Positions 48,161-60,704 of a stretch of DNA of 64,000 nt are shown here, in pieces (the stretch's first letter is position 1; each line of letters begins with the position of its first letter). Position numbers and translations under genes: made by a program. A model generated the notes under the pieces. That model was not told the DNA's origin. It did not search any database and was given only the letters and a program-made list of their open reading frames with translations. Source of the stretch: the human T2T-CHM13v2.0 reference genome, Homo sapiens; assembly GCF_009914755.1 (NCBI RefSeq), contig NC_060929.1; one strand, 5' to 3'.

Positions 48161-48343
48161 AAGAAAGAAAAGAAAAGGAAAAAGAGGAAACAGGAAAAAG
48201 AGAAGAAAAAGGAAGGAAGAAAGGAAGGGAGGGAGGGAGGGGAGGAGAGAGGAGGAGAAGGGGGAGGGGAGGGGGAGGGGAGGGGGAGGGGAGGGGGGAG
48301 GGGAGGAGAGGGGGGAATGGGGGGAGGGGAGAGGAGAGGAGAG
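48159..48343 (+). repeat. Polypurine tract (GAAA, then GGAA, then GGGGA repeats) derived from the Alu tail
   Basis: About 185 bp of nearly pure A/G with many G4-G6 runs. Confidence 0.92.
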
Positions 48344-48809
48344 CCCCTTCAGCTTAACTGGCATGAAATAACACCCCACAAATCATGCAATTTTTCTTCT
48401 CTCCCAAAATCACCTCACATCCTCAAGTCCCATGGCAGAAAGTAATTCCTGACCCTTTTCGTGAAGACTTGAGTAGGTCTGAAGGGCTGGGACAGGGGAG
48501 AAACCTTTCTTGGTGGAGGAGCCAGTAGAAGCCATGCAGACAGGGGCATGGAAAAGGCTCAGAGCCTGTCACACCTGGGCCTCCTCAGGAAGCACTAGGA
48601 TCCCAGGGCTCTCAAAGGCTCGATACCAAGCTCTAGTACACGCTGGTGTCTTTACCACAGAGACTTACTCTCCACTTATACCATGACTTCTTTTGGGGCC
48701 TGAGGTACGTCCACCCATTGTTTTCTTCCCAACAGTGAGTGAAGCAAAAAGTGGGACATATTGGGGTAAGGAGGCGAGCTCACTGGTAACTTAGAGGAGC
48801 AACACTCTA

Positions 48810-49256
<447 letters not shown>

Positions 49257-49373
49257 TCATTTAGAGAAATTATTCTGTAAGGGTTTCTCTCCCAGCAGCT
49301 CACCTGCATGCTGCATTCTACCTTCCACAGCATCTAACCAGAGTACGCTGGTCGTAACTGGAAAACCAACAGA

Positions 49374-49662
49374 GGCCAGGTGCGGTGGCTCATACCTGCA
49401 ATCCCAGCACTTTGGGAGGCCGAGGCGGGTGGATCACGTGAGGTCACGAGTTCGAGACCAGCCTGACCAACATGGTAAAACCTCATCTCTACTAAAGAAA
49501 ATACAACATGGGGCATGTGCCTCTGTAATCCCAGCCACCTGGGAGGCTGAGGCAGGAAAATCTCATCAACCCGGGAGGCGGAGGTTACAGTGAGCTGAGA
49601 TCGTGCCACTGCTCTCCAGGCTGGATGAGTGAGACTCTGTCTCAAAAAAAAAAAAAAAAAAA
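49374..49662 (+). mobile_element. AluS
   Basis: Dimeric Alu with small deletions and an A tail. Confidence 0.9.
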
Positions 49663-49947
49663 GGTAGATGAGTTTTAAAGGCACAGTGCTTTTGGCCTTC
49701 TTCAGTCCAACAGCACAAGGCACACAAAGTATCAATGCCATATGAAGTCCTACTATTAGACCTCAGGCCTCTAATAGCACCGCTACTGTTTGTCACTGTA
49801 ACAATCCTAAAGTACAACCTGACTCCTGAGCTGCTCCTGATGTAGTAAAGGTTCCACCCTGTGTAGTCCTGCATGGTGACAGATACACCATAACAGAGTC
49901 CTTATTAAAAAGGCCCACAAGTGCCACAGGCCTGAGCGTATCTATCA

Positions 49948-50418
<471 letters not shown>

Positions 50419-52079
50419 TCAGGCTCCAAAGAGCCTCTGGATTAGGGAAAGAGATTCCCACTTCAAGGAAAGCCTGAGCCACTGGATAGGGGGCATCACC
50501 AAGCAGAACTCCATCGGACATTTAGACTGCATATCCTAAAGGGCCACTGACACAGTGAGCACAGACAGATGGCCCAGCCCTGCCCTGGACTGGGGTTCAC
50601 AGCCACCTCTTAGCCTCAGATTCCCCATCTCCCAAGTGGGAAGGGGCCTTTTTAGGGGGAGCCCCAGAAACCCACCAGGAAGCATTGTTGAGGACAGTGG
50701 GAAGGTCCTGTGGACCACAGAGAAGAAGATGTCTGGTGGGCAGTTTGCCATATGAGTCTAGAGGATGGAAAAATTAGCTGAATATAAAAAACATAAATTT
50801 AGGTGGCAACCAAGCCATGGGTGAGGAAAATAGCTTGCAGGAACTCTGAGGAAAGAATGGAGAAGATGACTAAGGCCAGAGCTCCAGGGAGCACCTACCC
50901 AGAAAGAACAGACAATGAATAACCCTGAGAATGAACTAAAGATAGGAGAAACAGAGGGAGCGGGAGTGGTGTGAGAGACACCAAGGGAGGCCAAGAGCCA
51001 AGGTTGCAGTGCCAGCTTTGGCTGTTAAGTGGCAGGGACCTTGCTGAGTATCAGTTCAGTGGGTCTTATGACCAAAGGTCATCTGCTGTAGAGGGAGTGC
51101 TGGAAAGTGACCATGAAGATAGTTTCAAGCCAATATGAAGAAGCAGCTATAGGGAGATGCAGGATTTAGGGTGAGCTCAAGATGGGAAAGACTATGTGTG
51201 TGGTTCCTCAGAGAATAATGAGAAAGCAGATACCATGGAGGGGAAGTGGGGGCTGTGACTCTCCCTGGAAAGCAAGGAAGACTCCCCACAGCCCCATTAA
51301 CAGCAACCTGGGCATGGCTGACACAAAAGAACTCAGAGAAGGCTCTTTCTGCCTGGAATGAAACCACTACACAGTAGGCTAAATGCTTCAGAGACCAGGG
51401 TCTGCTAACCCCGGTGGCTCAGGAACCAATAACGAGGAATAGGAAGTTGGGGACAGTAAACACAAGATGAAGTCCCTAGGTAGGCCAGGGACTGGGGGGC
51501 TCCTGGAGCCCCTTTTCCTTCTCCACAGGTCTCCTCTGGCTCTGCAGGCCCAGGAACCTACATTGCTGGGGCAGAGTAACATAGCTGACTGAGCTGGGGC
51601 TCTGGAGCTGAACTAAACTAGGTTTGTGTTGGCCTCACTAGGGCGCCAACCAGCTGTGTGACTATAGACAAGTTACCATATCTAAGTCTCAGTCCCCTTA
51701 TCTCTAAATAAAGATAATATCATCAATTTTAAAGAGCTTGTGGCAAGAATTCAATAAGATGACATATGAAGATGTCTCCTATGCTCCCCAGGATGCTAAT
51801 GACCAGTAGCTATTATCAACATGTCTCCCAGATGCCAAGAATGCTAAGAATGGCTCCCTGGCACTCAGCATCCTCCCCAGAGCCAACTCGAATGTCTACT
51901 CCCTGGAGAGCATTTGGGAGAGTGACAGCTGAGCTGAGTGCTGATAGGCAATCAGACATGGAGTAGCCTAGCTGACATGGGTAAAGGTATTCCTATAGAG
52001 GGGTTGAGACAAAAGAGCTGAGTGATAGGGAAAGCTGAGTACAATGGGCAAGGAAGCCAGGAAAATGGAGTCATGCAGG

Positions 52080-53600
52080 ACCCCAAAGACCACACACAGG
52101 AGGAGTTTGGGTTTAGCTTTGGAAATTAAGCACAGTAATCAGGAACTCATGTGAACAAATGTGTGCTTAAGACCACATGGAGGATGGTCTTAAGCAGTAA
52201 GCTGGAGGTAGGAGACAAGTCAGAATGGTATTTTGATAATCAAATTGAGAAAAAAGTAGCTGTGAGGCTGGAGTCAGGGGATAAGCACGGAAGACATGAG
52301 AGAAGGAGGTAGAATCCATAGGCCTTAGGCTTCTGGCTTAGGCAGCCAGAGGATGGAGGTCCTTTTTGCTGAGATAGAAGGATGAGGGGGAAGGTAAAGT
52401 GTTTACAAGGAGATGAGGATTTCAGTTCAGGACACATGAAGTTCGAGAAGTCCATGGGACATTCAAGTACAGATGTCCCAAAGGCATCCGTCTACACTGG
52501 TTAGAAGCTCGGGAGACAAGCCTTGGCAAGAAACACAGATCTGGATGTCATCCACCTCAGGTGATGGAAATGGCTGTGCTCACCTGGGGAAGGTGCTCAG
52601 GGAGAAGATGAGGTAAGGATGGAGTCCTAGGGAGTAATTCCTTTCTGCCCCATAACCCTATTCAGGACACTCATGGGTTTGCTGAGTGAACGTGAGAGGT
52701 CAACGCCAGGGTATGGTTCCCTCCTCCAAGCAACCAATCTCAAGGCTACAGAGTGAACAGATCTTGCAGGTGCCCTGAACTGCCCTCTCTCTAATGGAGT
52801 CTAAAGGGGGCAGCTGAGGTTCTGGAGCTGGAATAAGCTGGGTCTGCATGAGCCTCACACAGTGAATCGCTGGGGTTACTTGTCTCCAGCAGCCCTCAAA
52901 ACATCTTCTTATAAACACTAACACTGGGAAGTCAGTGGGAGAGGGGCCACTTGAGAGAAAATGACCAGAGAGGCTAAAAGAGAAGCAGATATCAGTATGC
53001 CAGAATTCAAAGGAGGAGAGAACATCACAAAGAATGAGGCAATCTATCTGTCAAATGCTGCTGGGAAGTTAAAGAACATTATGTGTGAACCTTGTTCGCT
53101 GGGTTTACCAGCCAAGCGGCCACTGATGACCTTGTAAGAACAGCATCAGTGACAGTGGGGAAAAAGGCCAGATACTGTGAGTTCAGGAGTATATGGGAAC
53201 CAGGAAAATGGACAGAGTGTAGATTACTCTATCCAGTAGCCTAACCAGGAGGGGAGAAGAGATGAATCAGCAGCAAAGACTCGAAAGACTCTCAGATACC
53301 GAGGGAGGCAAGTGTTAAGATGAGCAAGAATAGAGCCTATATGGGAGCTCAAGGGTAGAACCCAGAGAGGTGGAGACAGAATGTATAGGAGCAGAGACTG
53401 TAACTAAGAGGACTCAAGACAGGGGGATAGTAAGCCCAGATCAGCCTTAGATGAAAAGACATTGGAGGGTGGGAGACAAGAAGCAGGTCTGAATGCAGAT
53501 CTGTGTGGTGCTCTGGGGACAGACGTGGAGGGGGTTCCTGAGCAGCAACTTTGGCTTTCTCTGAGATGCAAGAGGAGAGGGCCTTGGCTAATACATGGAG
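52080..53600 (-). mobile_element. Degraded L2 fragments
   Basis: L2-like purine-rich sequence, e.g. TTCAGTTCAGGACACATGAAGTTCGAG and TGTCAAATGCTGCTG. Confidence 0.55.
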
Positions 53601-53788
53601 GGAGGTGGCAGGGCAGGGGCTGAGGGAGAAACCTGTCATGGGAGAGGGAGTCCAGCACAAACTGGTGAGCCAAGAGGTGCACCAGAGGTGCACCCGAGGT
53701 TAAAGGCCACAAGTTGGTGGTGGCTCCAACCTGTCCCGCCACTAAAGAGACACATGCGGGACAGGCAACGCCTGGAGTGGTGAGTTAC

Positions 53789-53926
53789 CTGGAAGTTCCC
53801 CTCTGGAAATTGTGCCTGGGTCCAGCCTGTATGTGTCCTGAAGTCTCATCAGGGCTTTGGCAGCTCCTATCTCGTCCTCATCAGTGGGGAAGAACTGCCG
53901 CTGCACAGAGAGGTTGGCGATAAAAC
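53789..53926 (-). CDS. P4HA2: P4HA2 exon 5 ((G)FIANLSVQRQFFPTDEDEIG...GELP)
   Basis: 138 nt, aag| and |gtaact. Confidence 0.96.
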
Positions 53927-55560
53927 CTTCCAAATGAGAGTCAGAACAAGAGATTACCCTTGATCCAGGGGCAGAATTCCACTTGGGACCAGAGAGGCAG
54001 CCACAAAGAGGGTCTCTGGCTAGTGAAATTTCCCCGCCCCCTCCCTCAAAGGCTGTTGCCCCCTTCCACCAGGAAGTTGTCCCTGATGACTCCAGTCTAT
54101 GGGGACTTTTCCTTTCTTACTCCTCACCATACCTACTGCCTGTGTTGCTCTTTGGAACTAAGTAGAAGCAGCCCCCCATATTGGTTAATATTTAGGAGTC
54201 CAGAAGTCTTGGCTCCAAATCATTCAGTCAGAGCTGGTGGAGACAGAAGAAACAGAGGATAGAGAGGGTAACTGAGAAGAGCACGGGAGAGGACTCAGGA
54301 AGAACTGTCAACCACTCAGTGGAAAATAAATCCCATGGAAAACCTTGATCCAGGGTAATTGGGCTAGTCAGGTAAACACAGACTTCCAGCACACATTTCA
54401 AGTTGAGGAGTCCAAGGGACAATGACAGTTAACTAATGAAGCCGAGCTGGCCACTCATTACTGACCACTGGCACTTATCATCCAGAAAGGTGATGATGAA
54501 AGTCCTGGAAGTCATCCCCCTCCCCCTAGGTTGACAGCTGAAGGACCACCTAGACAGGCCAAGGACCAAGGTGGGGTTGCACCAACCCAGCAAGGTCCGT
54601 CCCCTAAGAGACCACGGTGGGCCTGTTCTCCTCTGTACTCCCACCACTCAGACCTTCAATGAGTTCAGGGCATGGGCTCTCCAGTTATGGTGCTCAAGAC
54701 CACAGCCTGAAGCGTGGGAGAGCTTTTGACCACAGAAGTACTCCAAGGAGGCTTTTCTGGGACTCCAAGCCCTAGCTGTAAAGTAAGATGTGTACCTCCT
54801 ACAATCCCAGGTGGGAGCCAAGCCTTCCCAGGCTGACTTAGGGCCTTCAATTCTGCCTCTAAGCTGAGAAGTGAGAGGGGAACAACAAGGCCATTCCTTC
54901 CCCAACCTCTTCCCAAGAGTAGCTGTATCCACTGCCACCTATGACTTCAGACCTAAACATCCACTTCAGCCATAACTGGGGACAGGGACCAAGAAGCTGT
55001 AACCCTGCCTTCCTTGTCTTCATAGCTACATGGTCAGGGACTCTAAAGAGTTTAGAATCTGGTGGGGTGGGAGTAGGGGAACATGCTGCCAGGAAAAGCC
55101 ACACTGTCAGCATGCCCTGCTCGTTTCAGGGGCAAGAACTCAAAGTCAGAGATGAAAACAACCAATTATTCTCTGGGCCTGCCCTATCTCCTTCCAGGTA
55201 ATCATAAGGTTTTCCAAAGGAACCAGATGATGGTGGGAGTGTAGGGTGTGGAGAACAAGATTGGAGAGAGGAGGTCATCTGGGTAGGCTTAGTCTCCTGC
55301 CGTGCAGGCAGAACAGCCTGTCCCGAGCTGCAGGCCCAGGCGGAGAGGCGGGAGTCTGGGAAAGGCAGCCGTGGTTTCTGGAGGCAGTGAGCTCACTGGG
55401 CACAGCTCCAGCCTGGCTGAGCTCACCAATCCCTCTCCAGAGGCCACCCTGCCCCCAGGCCCAACCCAGTCTGGCCACATGGGCTAAAATGTCTCAGCCA
55501 GAGAGACAGCTAGTCTGAAGTTAATCAGCACTCACAGCTCAGGGAAAAGAGGCAGTGAAG

Positions 55561-55719
55561 AGCTGGGTACAATGGCACTGTGCCTATAGTCCCAGCTACT
55601 CAGGAGGCTGAGGCAGGAGGATCACGTGAGGCCAGGAGTCCAAGGTTGCAGTGTGCTACAATCGCACCTGTGAATAGCCACTGCACTCCAGTCTAGGCTA
55701 ATATAGTGAGACCCTGTCC

Positions 55720-55760
<41 letters not shown>

Positions 55761-56065
55761 GCGGGCATGGTGGCTCACACCTGTAATCCCAGCACTTTGG
55801 GAGGTGGAGATGGGTGGATCACGAGGTCAAGAGATCAAGAACATCCTAGCCAACATGGTGAAACCCTGTCTCTACTAAAAATACCAAAAAAAAATTAGCT
55901 GGGCATGGTGGCATGTGCCTATAGTCCCAGCTAGTCAGGAGGCTGAGGCAGAAGAATTGCTTGAACCCGGAGGCAGAGGTTGCAGTGAGCCGAGATCCCG
56001 CCACTACACTCCAGCCTGGTGACAGAGTGAGACTCAGTCTCAAAAAAAAAAAAAAAAAAAAAAAA
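55561..56065 (+). mobile_element. FLAM/Alu monomer with a long A tail, followed directly by an AluS
   Basis: Monomer at 55561-55756 and dimer at 55757-56065; both followed by related A(n)G(G/T)CAG(C/T)G sequence. Confidence 0.88.
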
Positions 56066-57074
56066 GTCAGTGAGTCCAGGGGACTAAACCCAGGGCTAGG
56101 AGTTAGGAGAGCCCACCTCCAGGCCCACCGTACCATCTCTTCTTATTGACAGAAAAGTATTAGGGCATAAAAAGTATTATCACAATAAAAGCACCAAGTA
56201 TAGTTTAAAGCTTTTAAAAAGTTCACACTCTCATCGGTAATATCACTTCTAGGAACTTACCCTAAAAAAGTAATCAGAAGTATACACCAAGAAATATGTA
56301 AAAAGGTGCTGATAATTCAGAAAAAATCCCATATCCAATGACTTGACCCATTTGACAGTATTATCAGTATGACAGATTATCACCATCTGACAGGTAATCA
56401 CCATCCAGCCATTAAAATCATGTTGCAGAAGAACATTGAATGGCATATAAAGAAGCTGAGAAATTCACAGAATTTTTTCTTCTGTCACAAATCTACCAAC
56501 AGATATGCTTTGTTTGTAAAACATATGAATAGGAATGAATTTAGATCAGACCTATGCTCCCCAACTTGCCCTGGCCCCACCATCCAGCCCACTTGACACT
56601 TGTAAATTCATTGTCCCTCCAAGCAACTGAGTTTGCATGCCCTGGTATGTATGTATAGTTCCATTTTTTAAATGTATATGCATAGGTAGAAAAACTACAA
56701 TTTTAATAATGCTCACCACTGGGCAACTGGATTAAGAATTATAATTCTCTTGTTTTTGTGTTTTCCGACTTTTCTATAAACATGTATCACTAAAGTATAA
56801 TTGGAAAAATGTCATTAGCAAAAAATAAGAAAAGACAGACACTAAAAAAAAGACGCTAAAAAAAGAACTGAACATCATTACATGTTAAAAACCAAGGCCA
56901 GCCAACTTCCAGGTCCCCACAGAGAAGGGAGAGAGCCATGAGACCAGCAGGGTCCTGTTTCCACAATGTACTTGCCCACCAACACCCAGACCCAAGACAG
57001 GCTCAGACACAACAACCCAGGCATGAGCACACAAACATATGGGCTCACTCAAGCACCTGCTCACCGTCCCTCAC

Positions 57075-57226
57075 CTGCAGCTGAGTCCTGCAGGACAAGG
57101 TCCTCCAGCGCAGGCCAGTCTGTGTTTAGCCGCTTCACCAGTTTGTAGGCATTCACAGGGTGAGCCAGGTAGCCCTCAGCATCAGCAGCTGACTTGCTAG
57201 TCAAGGCTTCCATTTTGTTGGCCCAG
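57075..57226 (-). CDS. P4HA2: P4HA2 exon 4 ((S)WANKMEALTSK...LQDSAA)
   Basis: 152 nt, cag| and |gtgagg. Confidence 0.97.
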
Positions 57227-57629
57227 CTGTGGAACCAGAGGAAAAGGAAGACTAATGCGTCCACCCACATAGGTCTTGACCTGTGACAATTTTCCTAGTG
57301 AGAATTCCCTGGTGCCAGGTTCTGGGGCCCTTTTCATCAAGAGGCAATGAAAAATGAATACAGTAACTCCCCACAGATACTTCTAGCCCCTTAATCTAGA
57401 TAACAGCTGGGACCCCCAATGTAAGGGAATAGGTCTTAAATAGAAAATAAACAGTGACTCCTTAGCCCATGTACTTAGCTCCTCTCAAGCACTGGCATGA
57501 AGTAACCAGGCCAGCCCCACATCACCCTCTCAAAGGTTTCCTCTTATAGGCACCCTGGATGGCTTCCTTGTTCCTTGAGGGGCAGAAGGGAAGGAAGGCC
57601 AACTAAGGATGGTTGGGGACTTAGGACAC

Positions 57630-57726
57630 CTCTTAATCTTGGAAAGCTTGGCTTCCTCCACAAGGATGTACTCTTTCAGAGACTGCACCAGCTCTTTCTC
57701 TGCATAAATCAGGTCAGTCATGTGCC
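57630..57726 (-). CDS. P4HA2: P4HA2 exon 3 ((G)HMTDLIYAEKELVQSLKEYILVEEAKLSKIK)
   Basis: 97 nt, cag| and |gtgtcc. Confidence 0.96.
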
Positions 57727-57796
57727 CTGCAAGGGAGAGAAGAAAGACACCAGTGAGAAACAGATGAGGGATGTCCAGCCTCCTTCCTTGGGGCAC
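57727..57796 (-). ncRNA. MIR6830: Mirtron-type pre-miRNA hairpin ending at the 3' splice site (MIR6830)
   Basis: 5' arm CCAAGGAAGGAGGCUGGACA pairs with 3' arm UGUCUUUCUUCUCUCCCUUGCAG, whose end is the intron AG. Name assigned from recall. Confidence 0.75.
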
Positions 57797-58422
57797 AGAA
57801 TACCAGCACAGAAGCAAGTCCCCTGGGATAAGAACATGTCAGCTCTCTGAGGATTATGGGGACTTGGAGTTAAAGGGGGCCTAGGCACTCATGGGGCTCT
57901 ATCTCGCAACTTCAGGAAGAAAGAGGCAGAGGCACCAAGGGGATGTTTGAGATAAGTGCACTGGATGTCACTCAAGAAGCAGCCCTAAATCTCATTCTCC
58001 GACTGTTACATAGCTGGTCATGACACTGGGGCATGGATATCCTGGGGGCTCACCACAGGATAAAAAGCTCTGAACTTTAGGTCGGAAGGATAGGAAAAGC
58101 TTGATCCTCAGGATACAAAGGATTTGCTGCTCAGAACCACTCTCTGGTCCATGGGCAAGGTGGTCAAAAAGACCAGAGAGCCCAAGTGCAGCCTGCACTT
58201 CCCAGGAAGAAAGACCCAATTCAGACATCTGGCTCCCTGAACATCCAGATCATTGGGATCTTATAGGGGAAAACAGCAACTCTGCCAGTTCCACTCTCCT
58301 CAGAACTGGCCAAAACCAGTAGTTAAGGCTATCCCACTCTAAATGAGAACAGGCTGCAGCCAGAGACATCCGTGGCATGTGAGCCAAGGTGTCAGGGAGA
58401 CGACAGTCCTGTTGGCACGTAC

Positions 58423-58504
58423 CAATAGAGGTGAAGAATTCGGCCTGCACACAGCTCAGGACACCAAACCAGGCCATCAGCAATGCAGACACCCAGAGTT
58501 TCAT
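58423..58504 (-). CDS. P4HA2: P4HA2 first coding exon (signal peptide MKLWVSALLMAWFGVLSCVQA + EFFTSI); exon starts at 58522 with 18 nt of 5'UTR
   Basis: GTGACCATGA start context, acceptor cctttcag|, donor |gtacgt. Coding exon lengths sum to 1608 nt (535 aa + stop) with exon 12b. Confidence 0.97.
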
Positions 58505-60615
58505 GGTCACAGAGGGAAGTGTCTGAAAGGCATTCAATGACAATCACTGGATCAACAAAGTGAAAAAGACTAATTTAGGTGAGGAGACACATAGGCATGT
58601 ACACACATATGCAGATAATCAAACATATCAAAATCCTGGCCTAGCACACAGAAGCTAAAAAGGACAAACAGCAGAAAGAACAAAGAGCGTGCAGCCAGTG
58701 ATGTGTGCTCAATTCTGGTCCCTGCTCTGGGAAGTCACGTGCCCTGCGGAGAGAGCCCATCCTCTCAACTCCCAGCAACCACCTGTACCATGAGAAGGCG
58801 GAATCGCAGTGGGGTACAGTCAGCTCGGGTTCCAATGGTCTGTCAGTCCAAGATTCTGGCCCACTCCTTCTTATTTCACAGACTGCTGTTTGTTTCTATC
58901 TTACCTTCCAACACATATGCCAGGACAGTGCCAGGTTTTGGGGAACCAGTCCCTGCCCACAAGGAGGCAACAGTACATGAGAGACAATAACAGAAAGATA
59001 ATTTGACACAATATCCTCCAGAGTACCAACACCCAAACTAAGGTGTACAACAGATGGCCAGCCAGAAGAGGAATAAAACTAACCCTTGTCAGTCTGCACC
59101 TGCCAGAGAAAGAGCAGTCAGAGGAGACAGTCTCCTAGGTAGACAGTGTTCTTCCTGTAGTAAGGCTCCTTGGCAGACACTGTTCTCACTGGCCCGTCAC
59201 CATTCATTCACAAATATTTACTGAAGACCTGCAGATGCCAGGCACTGATCTAGGCACTCAGGATACAAAAATGAATATGGCACACATGGCCAAAACCTCA
59301 GGCTGGGCTGCTGACATGGGAAAGGGGCCAGCTACTGTCTTCTCATCAGCCCAGAAATAGGCACAACCTGAGACAAACCCCACTGGCAGTAAACCTCAGT
59401 CCACAACAGAAGCCTCCGATACCGTCTCCCAGCTCAGCCATGCAGCCTAGACTGTGCTGGAGGATTAGCACCCATCTGTACCCCAGCTCTGCCGGTCTTC
59501 TTCCTGCCCTGCTTTTGAGCACCCCACTGGAGTGCTCAAATGGAAATTCACTAAGACAAAGCAAGCAAAACAAAGGAAATACAAATGCTTTCCCAAAAAA
59601 ACATAAGCCTTATCTGACAGAATTCTAAGTCTAAGATAATGCCAGTTCATCAGTTTTTTGCCCGCCATACTTGATTAGACACACAGCACACCCACCATTC
59701 CTCATCTTACTCTTTCAGAAGAAATCCTAATCCATTGAGATTCCAGGTTAGGCTCAGAGAAGGCCAACCACAACTCCCATCTGCAAATGGATCCTCTATC
59801 AGAAGGAAAGCATAAGTGAATGGCGCCATGTGTTCATGCCTATGCCAAATGTCTGCAGAGCTGACAGTCTTCCTGTCATAGTCTAGGTGTGGGGGTCCCA
59901 AGACACACAGGACAATTATCTTCCAACCTGGAACCTGCTGCAGGGTAGGGCGTATTGTGCTAAGGGGTCCATTAGGGAGTTAGAGCAGCAGAAGAGAGCA
60001 AGTCATCAAGAGAAAGTGAGTAAGCCTGGGCTTGCCCTGAGGCAGAGTCCAGGCCCTCCTGGTTCTAGCCACAGGTCTGCTCCAAGGCCTTACTATACTG
60101 TCTTCTCTATCCCAGGATTTCAGAAGGCTTCTCTCTTGCTTACACAAGCCCCTTATACCTAAGGGATTGGGTGTCTGTTTCTTGTTCCTCAAAAGGCTTG
60201 ACTGGCTCAGGCTCAGCACCTTCTGTATGTATGTAGGGAGGGGACAGTGAAAACATAGAGCTGGGAGGATGTATCTGTGATCAGAAAGGGACCAGCTGAC
60301 TGCTCCTCAGAGCTGGGGTGGTGGGAGAACAGGGCCCAGGCAGGTTCCAAACCAGACATGGTTGGAAGTGGGGAACCCAGCATCTCTACCCAGGTGTGTC
60401 TCCAGTTGCAGTTGCATACCTTTTTAGAGGCCAGATAAATTCCAGGGAGGAAGTCTGTCCATTCCTTTCAAATCATTCTGCTCCTATCATCTACGGTTCA
60501 TACCTCACAACACTCAGGGAAAGCCAGGTTTCTTCATTACATGAATACCAGCTGTGATTTCTCTGGAATGTGCGATCTGGCTTAGACTGAGCCCATTCTT
60601 GAATCTCAGCCTGGA

Positions 60616-60704
60616 GGCAGAGCCTCAAAGAATCACAGATAGGGTTTGGGCAGAGCCTCAAAGAATCACAGATGGGGTTTGGGCAGAGCCTCAAAGAATC
60701 ACAG
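60616..60704. repeat. 33-bp minisatellite, about 2.7 copies
   Basis: Unit GGCAGAGCCTCAAAGAATCACAGAT(A/G)GGGTTTG. Confidence 0.93.

Noticed and set aside
57060-57074. Second donor (ACG|gtgagc) 10 nt after exon 4
   Set aside because: Use would frameshift, and nothing in the sequence suggests it is used.
60616-60704. CRISPR-like repeat array
   Set aside because: Units are contiguous with near-identical 'spacers' in eukaryotic DNA; an ordinary minisatellite.
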